A DNA stretch of 62,859 nucleotides, the filler included, from Octopus bimaculoides (Eukaryota): assembly GCF_001194135.2 (NCBI RefSeq). It is 6 parts of 6 records of this genome, joined end to end, with 100 filler letters (N's around TTAATTAATTAA, not from the genome) between each part and the next. Parts side by side here need not be neighbours in the genome. Positions count along the whole stretch, not along the records: positions 5,034 to 35,751 come from NC_068986.1; positions 35,852 to 47,534 come from NC_068987.1; 4 more parts are not named here. The stretch is one strand, 5' to 3'. The notes under the pieces are model-generated. The model did not search any database and was not told the origin of the DNA. It was given only the letters and a program-made list of their open reading frames with translations. Shown piece after piece: positions 25,833-37,107 of the stretch. A program made the translations under genes and the position numbers. Every line of letters begins with the position of its first letter. Position 1 is the first letter of the stretch.

Positions 25833-26264
25833 GAAATGGAATAAACGACATCCCTTGTTTCAAATCGCCACAATTGTTTCGAAATGTTTTTATATCGATA
25901 GGGCACAGGTGAGATGTCGTGTAATAATTGCCATGGCTCCAGTTTTCATAGGGCATATCTAGAAGCAGGAAATTTTCTATTCAGTGATATGATCAGTAAT
26001 CCAATATCTGTGAACGAACTTTGCATAGTATTCTCAAAGTTGTTTAATTGTATATCTCATAGATTATATATATATACATATATATATAATAATATTAGGG
26101 ACAAAATCCAAAATTACAGGTAAAAAACTCAATTAAAATCAATTTATAAAAAAATTAAATTAAATTGAGCCTTATAGATAAAGTATATATAAAATATATA
26201 TAGTTTTAGGGAAAATAACCAATTTTCAAGAACTCATCGATGAAAATCCACTATCACATATAGA

Positions 26265-26451
26265 AAAATTAATAATTAAAAGCACAATAAATGAGTATAA
26301 TATAAAGTAAAGTAAATATCATAAGATAAATATATCATATTATATCATAAGATAAATATATTATATTATATTATATTATATTATATTTATCTTATGATAT
26401 TTACTTTACTTTATATTATACTCATTTATTGTGCTTTTAATTATTAATTTT
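26265..26451. repeat. 70-bp perfect inverted repeat at a contig end
   Basis: 26265-26334 is the reverse complement of 26382-26451. Confidence 0.9.
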
Positions 26452-27229
26452 NNNNNNNNNNNNNNNNNNNNNNNNNNNNNNNNNNNNNNNNNNNNNNNNN
26501 NNNNNNNNNNNNNNNNNNNNNNNNNNNNNNNNNNNNNNNNNNNNNNNNNNNNNNNNNNNNNNNNNNNNNNNNNNNNNNNNNNNNNNNNNNNNNNNNNNNN
26601 NNNNNNNNNNNNNNNNNNNNNNNNNNNNNNNNNNNNNNNNNNNNNNNNNNNNNNNNNNNNNNNNNNNNNNNNNNNNNNNNNNNNNNNNNNNNNNNNNNNN
26701 NNNNNNNNNNNNNNNNNNNNNNNNNNNNNNNNNNNNNNNNNNNNNNNNNNNNNNNNNNNNNNNNNNNNNNNNNNNNNNNNNNNNNNNNNNNNNNNNNNNN
26801 NNNNNNNNNNNNNNNNNNNNNNNNNNNNNNNNNNNNNNNNNNNNNNNNNNNNNNNNNNNNNNNNNNNNNNNNNNNNNNNNNNNNNNNNNNNNNNNNNNNN
26901 NNNNNNNNNNNNNNNNNNNNNNNNNNNNNNNNNNNNNNNNNNNNNNNNNNNNNNNNNNNNNNNNNNNNNNNNNNNNNNNNNNNNNNNNNNNNNNNNNNNN
27001 NNNNNNNNNNNNNNNNNNNNNNNNNNNNNNNNNNNNNNNNNNNNNNNNNNNNNNNTCTCTATCTATCTATCTACCTATCTATCTTCCTTCTTACCCATCT
27101 TCCCCTCTCGCACTGCTTCCTTCTGTTGTCCTGGCTTCTACTTCACTGCTATACACATCTCTCTCTTCCTTTTTGTTGCACTTCCTCCCTCTACCATCCT
27201 CTCTGCTCACGTGTGACCTGTGGTCAACT

Positions 27230-27590
27230 CTCTTTTCACTCCAGCCATTATGAAGGCGAGACGAACTGTTAGCGTTCTACATCAGATTCGCGTTTGGCCG
27301 TATAGCTTTGTAATGTTATTTTCACTGTCCTTTTTTCCTGTCTTGGTTTGTGTTTGCCACCTTGGAATCCTCGGTTTAGTGGGTCGATCCACTGCTCAGG
27401 AAGAGACTATTCTATAGTACTTCTGCCTTATCTTCGAAACGTCTAGTTAGAATAGAGGCAGCTGACGAAGGATTAATTCCAAGTGGCTATCTGTTTTCCT
27501 ACGCGTTCGTTCCGTGGTCTGTAGTTCATTGTTCTAACGTCCTGTACCGTGATATGCATCTATATACACATGTAGATGTAAGTATGTACA
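27230..27590 (+). mobile_element. PLE-type pLTR (second family)
   Basis: HHR-like core followed by GCAGCTGACGAAGG and ending ..CCTGTACCGTGATATGCAT into a TA/TG microsatellite. Confidence 0.55.
27391..27447 (+). ncRNA. Degenerate minimal hammerhead motif
   Basis: Stem I ACTG/TAGT; core CTCAGGA (G5 to C); GAAACGTC (GUC site, loopless stem III). Confidence 0.5.
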
Positions 27591-29761
27591 TATGTGTGTA
27601 TACATGCATATATATTCTTTGTATTATAAATATATATATATATANNNNNNNNNNNNNNNNNNNNNNNNNNNNNNNNNNNNNNNNNNNNNNNNNNNNNNNN
27701 NNNNNNNNNNNNNNNNNTATATATATTATTGCTATGAATCGAAACAATTTATGATTAATATTTGTATTTCTATTCAAATTATATTAAAATTGCAATATAT
27801 TGTTATGTTAATAGATAATATTAAAAATATGTCAACCGTAAATCTCCATTTTGTTTTATATATTCTTTTATTCTTTTACTTACTTGTGCTTTCGTTAATT
27901 TTCTTAATGGTTCGTCTATTTTTTGTGCGAACGGTTACAGTCACCTTCTGGTATCTCCAGAGAAACAGCCCGAGTGTCACAGGTAGAAGGATGGAAGACT
28001 GTACCAGTACGGAATTGTTATCTATCGCAAGCACGAAAGATAAAATTTTCTTCACTGGAATTGAACCCTAAGCACGTAGTGCAGAAATATCATGCTGTGC
28101 CTTACGCAATGAGAACAAGTCCACGCAATGGGAACTAGTCCTCCCATAGTATTTTATGTTTGTATTCTTTTATATGCATGTATTCACATACTTATGTATA
28201 CATGCATGTATGTATCCTGCATGTGTCTGTATGTATAGAAGTATTAATGTGATCACATAAACACACACACACACACATGCGCACACACACACACACAAAG
28301 ACACGCAAAAATGCGTGTGTATATGTGTGTGAGCATACATATGATTTGGTGTGCTGGACATGGGACCATTATACCATCCAGGTGTCAGCTCTAATGCTAA
28401 TCATGTAAAATTCTTTGAATTATGGCCCGCTTGTATGACATATTTTAAGGAAGATAACACTTCCTTACCCCAGTACTATACGCAACTTGCTAAAATCTTT
28501 CACATATATCGGTTTAAATATAAATGTTAATAATAATTTAATCCTGCTTCATTTCCTGAATGACACTAACATCCAGACAAGCAATTACTAAATTCACAAA
28601 AGCGTGACGAGCAAGATGTCTATATCCATAAGGACATCAAACACATCAGATCTGTAATTAGAGTCACAGTCATTTCTATCTCCAGAAGAATATCAAATAC
28701 TTCACTAAGCTGACAAATTTGCAAAACCATTCAAACCCAATGTGACGATGCATCGATATAATTTACTGATGGGTTTTTACACATAGCCAGCACACAGTGC
28801 TACCGAACCGTGATTCGGGTAAACAGAAATAAACGGTCCAAAAATCCACTGAGTCTGTTTAAATATACACACTCCCGAACACACACACATAAACACACAT
28901 ACATATATAAATATATATGTTTGTATGCAAATATAATATATATATATATACACACATGAATATATAGACACACACACACACACACGCATACACAGACACA
29001 CACGCACGCACACACACACATACACTTATACATAAACACACACATATCGGAAGACGCACGCCGTGTATGTGGTGTGCGGTTCAATTGATTGTTATAACAT
29101 TTTCACGCACAATGAAATACATGACAGATTTCCAGTATATTGTGCGGCATTTAAATGATCTGTTAGTACTAACAATGCAAATGTCATTTCACTAATATTC
29201 AATGATTCTGACCGGAAATCTTAATAACTAGATATTATTTCCTTAAATATCATCATGATGAATATTTGAACAATTATTTATAACGTTTCCATCTTAGTGT
29301 CCAGTGAGCAACATATTTATATTTCTTCATAACTTTCCACGTGCATTTGATATTAGTGGTTTAGTTTCATTATATGACAAGTTTCTAATAGGTTAACAAG
29401 ACGTGTGCTTTGAGAGCTTTGATCTTGTTCGCGTGTGCAGAGAGAGAGAGAGAGAGAGAGAGTGTGTGTGTGTTAGAGAGAGGGAGAGTGTGTTAGAGAG
29501 AGAGAGAGAGAGTAAGAGAGAGAGAAAGTATCGTTTCCATATACGTTCACAAGATTTGATATGTTACCTATCCACTTCAGGTTACATGCAGTTCTGTCAG
29601 GTTTCATGCGTGCAATTGCTTGTTTATTTAGCTCTTGTACGCATAATTTAATATTGACACATACACGCACATACACACGATTACACACACACTCATATGT
29701 GAAAATATATACATACATATATCAATATATCTATATATATATATGTGTGTGTGTATATGTA

Positions 29762-29806
<45 letters not shown>

Positions 29807-30020
29807 NNNNNNNNNNNNNNNNNNNNNNNNNNNNNNNNNNNNNNNNNNNNNNNNNNNNNNNNNNNNNNNNNNNNNNNNNNNNNNNNNNNNNNNNNNNNNN
29901 NNNNNNNNNNNNNNNCTTGTGTCTATTAAGACCTAAATTGTTCTCAACATGAAATATAGCAGCATACCAAAAACGTGAGCGGGCAAGACATTTAAAATCA
30001 CCTAAAAAAGCATTCTTAAA

Positions 30021-30078
30021 CAGGAACCGGTTTCGGATTTAACAAATTCTTACCATTTGTCTATTCGTCTTCAGCCTG
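30021..30078 (-). ncRNA. Type I hammerhead ribozyme, copy A
   Basis: RNA CAGG-CUGAAGA-[stem II with 7-bp GACAAAU/AUUUGUU]-GAAA-CCGGUU|CCUG. Core and stem I intact; position 10.1 is C instead of G. Confidence 0.8.
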
Positions 30079-30572
30079 ATTTGTAATGTAACCGCAATCA
30101 TCAGAATCGTATACAGAGTTGCCCACCGCCATGGGTGCGCGTGCATATGGTTCTGCTAATTACAGCTTAATGGTAAAATTGAAAAGTCTTCGTTTTGGCG
30201 CGCTAATTCCAGGAATATATCTGCAGAAAATATTTACTGCGTCGTATATATACAGTATGAGAACATGGATAATGGGTAAAATATTATTATAAAATATGTT
30301 AATTAATCATATATTAATTAATATCGATTAATTATCAGGATGCCAGCACGTCTAAAGAATCAAAGAGATTCAGAAATATTATCTGCAATCTCAGGGGATT
30401 AAGGTACATTTTAAAAAATAACGTCGACCACTAACGTGGACAATTAATGCGCTAGAAATAGATCACATCTTGTGTCTATTAAGACCTAAATTGTTCTCAA
30501 CATGAAATATAGCAGCATACCAAAACATGAGCGGGCAAGACATTTAAAATCACCTAAAAAAGCATTCTTAAA

Positions 30573-30630
30573 CACGAACCGGTTTCGGATTTAACAAATT
30601 CTTACCATTTGTCTATTCCCCTTCAGTCTG
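30573..30630 (-). ncRNA. Type I hammerhead ribozyme, copy B
   Basis: CUGAAGG (A9 to G)-GGA..UCC-GAAA-CCGGUU. Stem II closing pair intact; stem I has two mismatches. Confidence 0.7.
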
Positions 30631-31340
30631 ATTTGTAATGTAACCGCAATCATTGAGAACAATTTAGGTCTTAATAGACACAAGCTGTGATCTATTTCTA
30701 GCACATTAATTGTCCACGTTAGTGGTCGACGTTATTTTTTAAAATGTACCTTAATCCCCTGAGATTGCAGATAATATTTCTGAATCTCTTTGATTCATTA
30801 GATGTGCTGGCCTCCTGATAATTATTCGATATTNNNNNNNNNNNNNNNNNNNNNNNNNNNNNNNNNNNNNNNNNNNNNNNNNNNNNNNNNNNNNNNNNNN
30901 NNNNNNNNNNNNNNNNNNNNNNNNNNNNNNNNNNNNNNNNNNNNNNNNNNNNNNNNNNNNNNNNNNNNNNNNNNNNNNNNNNNNNNNNNNNNNNNNNNNN
31001 NNNNNNNNNNNNNNNNNNNNNNNNNNNNNNNNNNNNNNNNNNNNNNNNNNNNNNNNNNNNNNNNNNNNNNNNNNNNNNNNNNNNNNNNNNNNNNNNNNNN
31101 NNNNNNNNNNNNNNNNNNNNNNNNNNNNNNNNNNNNNNNNNNNNNNNNNNNNNNNNNNNNNNNNNNNNNNNNNNNNNNNNNNNNNNNNNNNNNNNNNNNN
31201 NNNNNNNNNNNNNNNNNNNNNNNNNNNNNNNNNNNNNNNNNNNNNNNNNNNNNNNNNNNNNNNNNNNNNNNNNNNNNNNNNNNNNNNNNNNNNNNNNNNN
31301 NNNNNNNNNNNNNNNNNNNNNNNNNNNNNNNNNNNNNNNN

Positions 31341-31405
<65 letters not shown>

Positions 31406-31881
31406 GTATTCTCCGTAGATATACATTATGAAGTTACATAGATATTCTTAACTTTCTTCTCGGTTGGCATTTATTTTCGGGAGGTGGGAGTGTTATTGAA
31501 ATAGTTCGCTCATTACTATTTTATTTATTCATCTATTTATTGTATTTTAATTGTCAAGTTTTATGATGACAATGCCGGATATTGGATGTGTTTCGGTTTT
31601 GTAACTTTAATGCGTGTAAATCATGTCCATATCTGAAATCTTTTTGTATGCAATGGAGAATAAAATGCTCTTTCTCACATATTCATCGCATTGTGCAGAA
31701 AAAATTTGGTTGTGAGTCTCAATTGCCCAGAAACTGCACAGCTACTGCTGTGATTATTATGTTATTTTGTCTATAGAATTCTTCGTGTTATATACATGCT
31801 GCGTATAATATATAGCTCGTTATACCTATATTTGCATTGAACATTGAATATTTTCAGCAATCTCTCTAATTTCCTTCTCAG

Positions 31882-31982
31882 CGAAAGTGCCTACTGAAGA
31901 ATTTCTATGTAAAGCTGATGTACACTCTAGTTATTACACTGATAGCATATATTCGTTTACCTTAAAACTCATTCAACATTGG
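31882..31982 (+). CDS. Candidate exon (Ig-like)
   Basis: Strong acceptor TCTCTCTAATTTCCTTCTCAG|, open frame KVPTEEFLCKADVHSSYYTDSIYSFTLKLIQHW, donor TGG|GTACGT. Confidence 0.35.
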
Positions 31983-33819
31983 GTACGTGCTACTTATGCA
32001 TTCACATATGGGGAAAAAAACTGCAATTCTTCCGCATTCTCAAAATACATTTGGTATCTAAAAAACATTGATATAAATAAATCGACTGTGAAATTGAACG
32101 TAACTGTTAAGGCGAAATTATTTATGGCAGTGGTATATTAGCAGTAATAACTTAGTGGAAAATAAAATTGAATATATGATATCGGGTGCTGCGATTGGTT
32201 ATCCTGATTCTAAAATGGAACCTGATGACTAAAACATAAAAAAAAGTTACCATGCGTAGCAGAATTAATCTGTTTTAAGCTACCTCATGGAACCTACGAA
32301 TGTTTTTAATATGCGATTATATTATTAGAATTTCCATAGGCTGTATTACGCATTACTTTTGTGTTTTAGTGGAGCTAAATGATGAAGTCACCACTTTTTT
32401 TTTTTACGCTAAAGTACATCTTACACTCGCTTACTTTATTCTAAAACGTGAAACATCTCAGATCGTAGTTTGTGGCTAACGGATTAAAGGATAACAAGCA
32501 TACGTTATGGGATGTAACTTTGCATATTCCGTTATGTGAAGTTCGCAATAACAACTTAAGCATGTTGCCCCTCCATATGGGTTTCTCCATTAGTTAGCAA
32601 TACAAATTGATGCCTCATGATACATATATCTACAACGTACATAATATAATGTATAGAAGAAGTCATACGATCGGGCGCAGCTATATGAACGTAGATTATG
32701 TAGAACGGTTGATTGGTCATTCATCCCGTTTAGACTACGGTACTATATGGCGGTGGAATCTAAAACATACACAAAAGTACATATGCGCGAGTGCGGGAAA
32801 AACATCATGCAACATAGTATATAAGAGATGAAGGGAGAAAGAGATTTTTTACATAGAAATAAAACATGATAATTGGATATGTGAGTAGAGATTAAAATAG
32901 AGAGAGGGGAAAGATGGAGAGAAGTAGAGAAATTGAAAGAAAGGCAGAGATGCATTACAATCCGTTAATTGAACAGGACTTGCATAGAAATTTCTCTCTT
33001 CCAATACCTATGAACATGAATGTGTTCATTTATGACAAAAGGAGAGAGAGTAGAAAGGGGAGAGAGGAATTGTACATGAAGTATAGCATCCTGTGACGTC
33101 AAGTAGATCAAGTAAGACAGTGTCGAATGAACGACTTCATAAATTCGTGGCCAAACCTAACAAGCTTGGGCCGTCAAACCAGTAGACACATTTCGGTTGT
33201 CTATGAAACAGCACTCAGTTTCTTTTAAAAAATGGAATATATATATATATATATATANNNNNNNNNNNNNNNNNNNNNNNNNNNNNNNNNNNNNNNNNNN
33301 NNNNNNNNNNNNNNNNNNNNNNNNNNNNNNNNNNNNNNNNNNNNNNNNNNNNNNNNNNNNNNNNNNNNNNNNNNNNNNNNNNNNNNNNNNNNNNNNNNNN
33401 NNNNNNNNNNNNNNNNNNNNNNNNNNNNNNNNNNNNNNNNNNNNNNNNNNNNNNNNNNNNNNNNNNNNNNNNNNNNNNNNNNNNNNNNNNNNNNNNNNNN
33501 NNNNNNNNNNNNNNNNNNNNNNNNNNNNNNNNNNNNNNNNNNNNNNNNNNNNNNNNNNNNNNNNNNNNNNNNNNNNNNNNNNNNNNNNNNNNNNNNNNNN
33601 NNNNNNNNNNNNNNNNNNNNNNNNNNNNNNNNNNNNNNNNNNNNNNNNNNNNNNNNNNNNNNNNNNNNNNNNNNNNNNNNNNNNNNNNNNNNNNNNNNNN
33701 NNNNNNNNNNNNNNNNNNNNNNNNNNNNNNNNNNNNNNNNNNNNNNNNNNNNNNNNNNNNNNNNNNNNNNNNNNNNNNNNNNNNNNNNNNNNNNNNNCCG
33801 TGTATATATTTGATAAATA

Positions 33820-34162
33820 AATTTAAAAAAGGATAAAACTCTTTTACAAGAATTTTATCAAGAAGCCAGTGTGTAAAAAAATTCATTAGGGAAATTTCTA
33901 TTCCCAAGAATATAATTATTCGTTTATATTTATATAAAGGGCATTATTATAGAATGAATTTTTTTTCCTCGCATAGGTACTAAATGTGGTTATTTTGAGA
34001 AGTCCACTGTGTGGCGTTATTATGTTTCTATAATAATGCCCTTTATATAAATATAAACGAATAATTATATTTTGGGGAATAGAAATTTCCCTAATGAATT
34101 TTTTTTAAACACTGGTTTCTTGATAAAATTCTTGTAAAAGAGTTTTATCCTTTTTTTGAATT
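33820..34162. repeat. Foldback element, ~135-bp near-perfect arms, ~73-bp spacer
   Basis: 33820-33953 is the reverse complement of 34027-34162 with few mismatches. (TA)n at the right edge. Confidence 0.9.
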
Positions 34163-35457
34163 TATATATATATATATATATATATACGAATTTATTCTTC
34201 TAGAAAACGTTGAAAGATGAAAGAAGATTTTTACATCAACAAGATTTGAACTCCGTGCACTAAATTCATGTGTATTATGATGCCAGTAGTTCATATACAC
34301 CATATTGGAAAGGAGATCGAGTGCTTCTGTCAATGCCTTACATATTACAGTATCGCTCATAAACTGTCTTTATGATGTATTAGTCTGGATCATTAAAAGA
34401 CGTTTGTGAAATAAACAGTTTTGTCTCCAACATTTCGAAATTTGATAATGATTTATTATGTATTATAAATGTCAGACAATTATATCAGTTTAAAGAAACT
34501 TTATTGTTCGAGTTCACTTATGTATGCGATGTGCATGTATGTATTTGCATTTACGTATGTATGTGTATATATATATGAATACATATTTGTGTATGTGAGA
34601 ATGTACGTATATATATATATATATATATATATATATNNNNNNNNNNNNNNNNNNNNNNNNNNNNNNNNNNNNNNNNNNNNNNNNNNNNNNNNNNNNNNNN
34701 NNNNNNNNNNNNNNNNNNNNNNNNNNNNNNNNNNNNNNNNNNNNNNNNNNNNNNNNNNNNNNNNNNNNNNNNNNNNNNNNNNNNNNNNNNNNNNNNNNNN
34801 NNNNNNNNNNNNNNNNNNNNNNNNNNNNNNNNNNNNNNNNNNNNNNNNNNNNNNNNNNNNNNNNNNNNNNNNNNNNNNNNNNNNNNNNNNNNNNNNNNNN
34901 NNNNNNNNNNNNNNNNNNNNNNNNNNNNNNNNNNNNNNNNNNNNNNNNNNNNNNNNNNNNNNNNNNNNNNNNNNNNNNNNNNNNNNNNNNNNNNNNNNNN
35001 NNNNNNNNNATATATATATATATATATATATATATAGGTATATACATAACAATATGTAGAGGGACAGATGGATAGATAGAAATTCTGTGCACCCATACAG
35101 ACACGCAAACACACTGAGATTGAGGCGCATATTTGTGGATGTAGATGTGTGAGTGTATATAGATATGTACGAATTTATAAGTATATAGCTACATAAATAA
35201 TTGCATATATGTGTATATGTGCATATAATATATGTGTGTATATATCGCGTTCTGTGCCTGTACACATGTGTGTATTCGTATATATTTAAACATGATTATA
35301 CAGATACATATGTATGCACTGATATATATATGCGTGTATGTATATACGTATATGTGCGCCTGTGAGTATGTGTTTTGCAAGTTTGTGTGAGCGAAGTCGG
35401 AAATATAACAATAGCTACACAGGAATTTATACTTCCGTGTGCCTACGTTTTAGTATT

Positions 35458-35502
<45 letters not shown>

Positions 35503-36269
35503 CAGAAGATGAGTGTGTATCTGTGGGTATATACGTGTTTATTTTTTGAGTCTGTATGTGCCTTTCTGTCGATAAATCTTACCCGCTGTCTAGCTTTAAT
35601 TGATAGGTGAGAGGAAAAGATGAGACAGGGATATAAGTAAACGATATATCAACCAGTATATAAAAGTATACACTAATGTGAAATATATTGTAATGAAAGA
35701 TCCGGATAATGCTTTCGAGAAGAAATGAATATATATATAAATATGCGTGTGNNNNNNNNNNNNNNNNNNNNNNNNNNNNNNNNNNNNNNNNNNNNTTAAT
35801 TAATTAANNNNNNNNNNNNNNNNNNNNNNNNNNNNNNNNNNNNNNNNNNNNGTATGTCTGTCAGTTTGTCTGTTAGTCATGAATTTGACAATTTTTGCTT
35901 TTATTTCCTAAATTTGTTTGTGTCTCATTTTTCACACTGGTACCTGAAGATGAATAGTCATTAAAGAAACAATGTAAAAAGAAAAAAAAACATACAAATA
36001 ATCCAATATGAATGGACTGATAAGAGAACTATACGATACGAAACCATTAGTTTAAAAGGTCACGTTGCCTCTACTGGGATTTTTTAGTTTTTTTTTTTTT
36101 TCCCCCATCCTTTTTATCACTGGAGCCAACAACATTGAGACGAGAGTTTGGATAACACAAAGCATAGCCGATTTAATCACCCATCAAAAGATAAGAGAAT
36201 CTGTCACACGATACAGCTATTTCTAAGGAAATCTGTAATTGTACAATTCTCTATATGAAAATATCTCTA

Positions 36270-36780
36270 AATGGGTGACTAAATGTGGCTGAACTCACAA
36301 TGCCCCGTGAGTATAGACTTCACATTTTTCACCAACTAAAGTCAAATACCAGGGTTTAGTTGACGAGGCTCTTATTGAAAGGCTGAGATACACTCTCATT
36401 CACTCTTGAAGTCGGCAGCCGCGGTTTTAATGCAAGTTCAATGCGCTCTTTCTACAGAAGATTGGTTTGGAATTCACATACGTGAAGAAAGCCAGCAAGG
36501 AGATAGGCATGGCAGCTGAAACTAGCTCAAGGTGGTTGTGATTGACAAGAGACTGCAGCTAGAACCCTCCTGCAAGCGAAAGTTAATTTAGTCTCCACTG
36601 CCCCACTTAGGCGAAGCGTAAATTTGAGGAGCGAAACGCTTTGTAATCCTGAGATATGTGCTAACGTGACGGAAGAGCTTCCTACGTTGCAGTGGCTTTC
36701 GTCAACACCAGACGAAAAGCGTGCAATATCTCTAAGTAGCTCTTGCAGTTTCTGCATGAAGCAAAGCATCTGTAATGTTT
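36270..36780 (+). pseudogene. HERO-like (RLE clade) non-LTR retrotransposon 3' remnant
   Basis: AELTMPRE (ELTVPWE), KYQGLV, LEVGSRGF (VEVGCRGF) and AAETSSRWL*LTRD (AAExxSxWLW), across frameshifts, followed by a presumed 3' UTR. Confidence 0.75.
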
Positions 36781-36784
36781 GTTT

Positions 36785-37107
36785 CAATGATTCTCAACCA
36801 GTTTTTGTCTATAGGCCCCTTTGGTTATCATTTTATTCTGGTGAACTCCTATAGCCATTCAAAGCTTAAAAACTAATTTTATAGATACTTCTTTCAAAAT
36901 TCTTACTTGATTTGTCACACATCAACTTATGTAGGCTGAATTATGTAAAACGTTAGGGAAGAAACCTAGCTGTTTTTTGCAATAAATAGATCTATTGCAA
37001 AATATTTCATGGACTCTTAAAATAGTACTGAGGACCCAATTTCTATTTTGCTTCTGTGCCCCTCCCACCAAAAGAAATCTTACACGGACCCCGGTTGACA
37101 ACCACTG
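36785..37107. mobile_element. hAT-type MITE
   Basis: TIRs CAATGATTCTCAACC / GGTTGACAACCACTG; imperfect 8-bp TSD GTTTGTTT / GTTTAATT. Confidence 0.7.

Larger units (their letters stand above)
29916..30833 (-). mobile_element. Non-coding tandem/inverted PLE-type element with two HHRs (retrozyme-like)
   Basis: Direct repeat 29916-30101 / 30469-30653 (period 552-553), inverted repeat 30320-30499 / 30654-30833, and one HHR in each direct copy. Confidence 0.8.

Noticed and set aside
28800-28860. RLSGFLDRLFLF resembling a Cys-loop receptor M4 approach
   Set aside because: Not followed by a hydrophobic helix, stops immediately, and no other receptor exons were seen.
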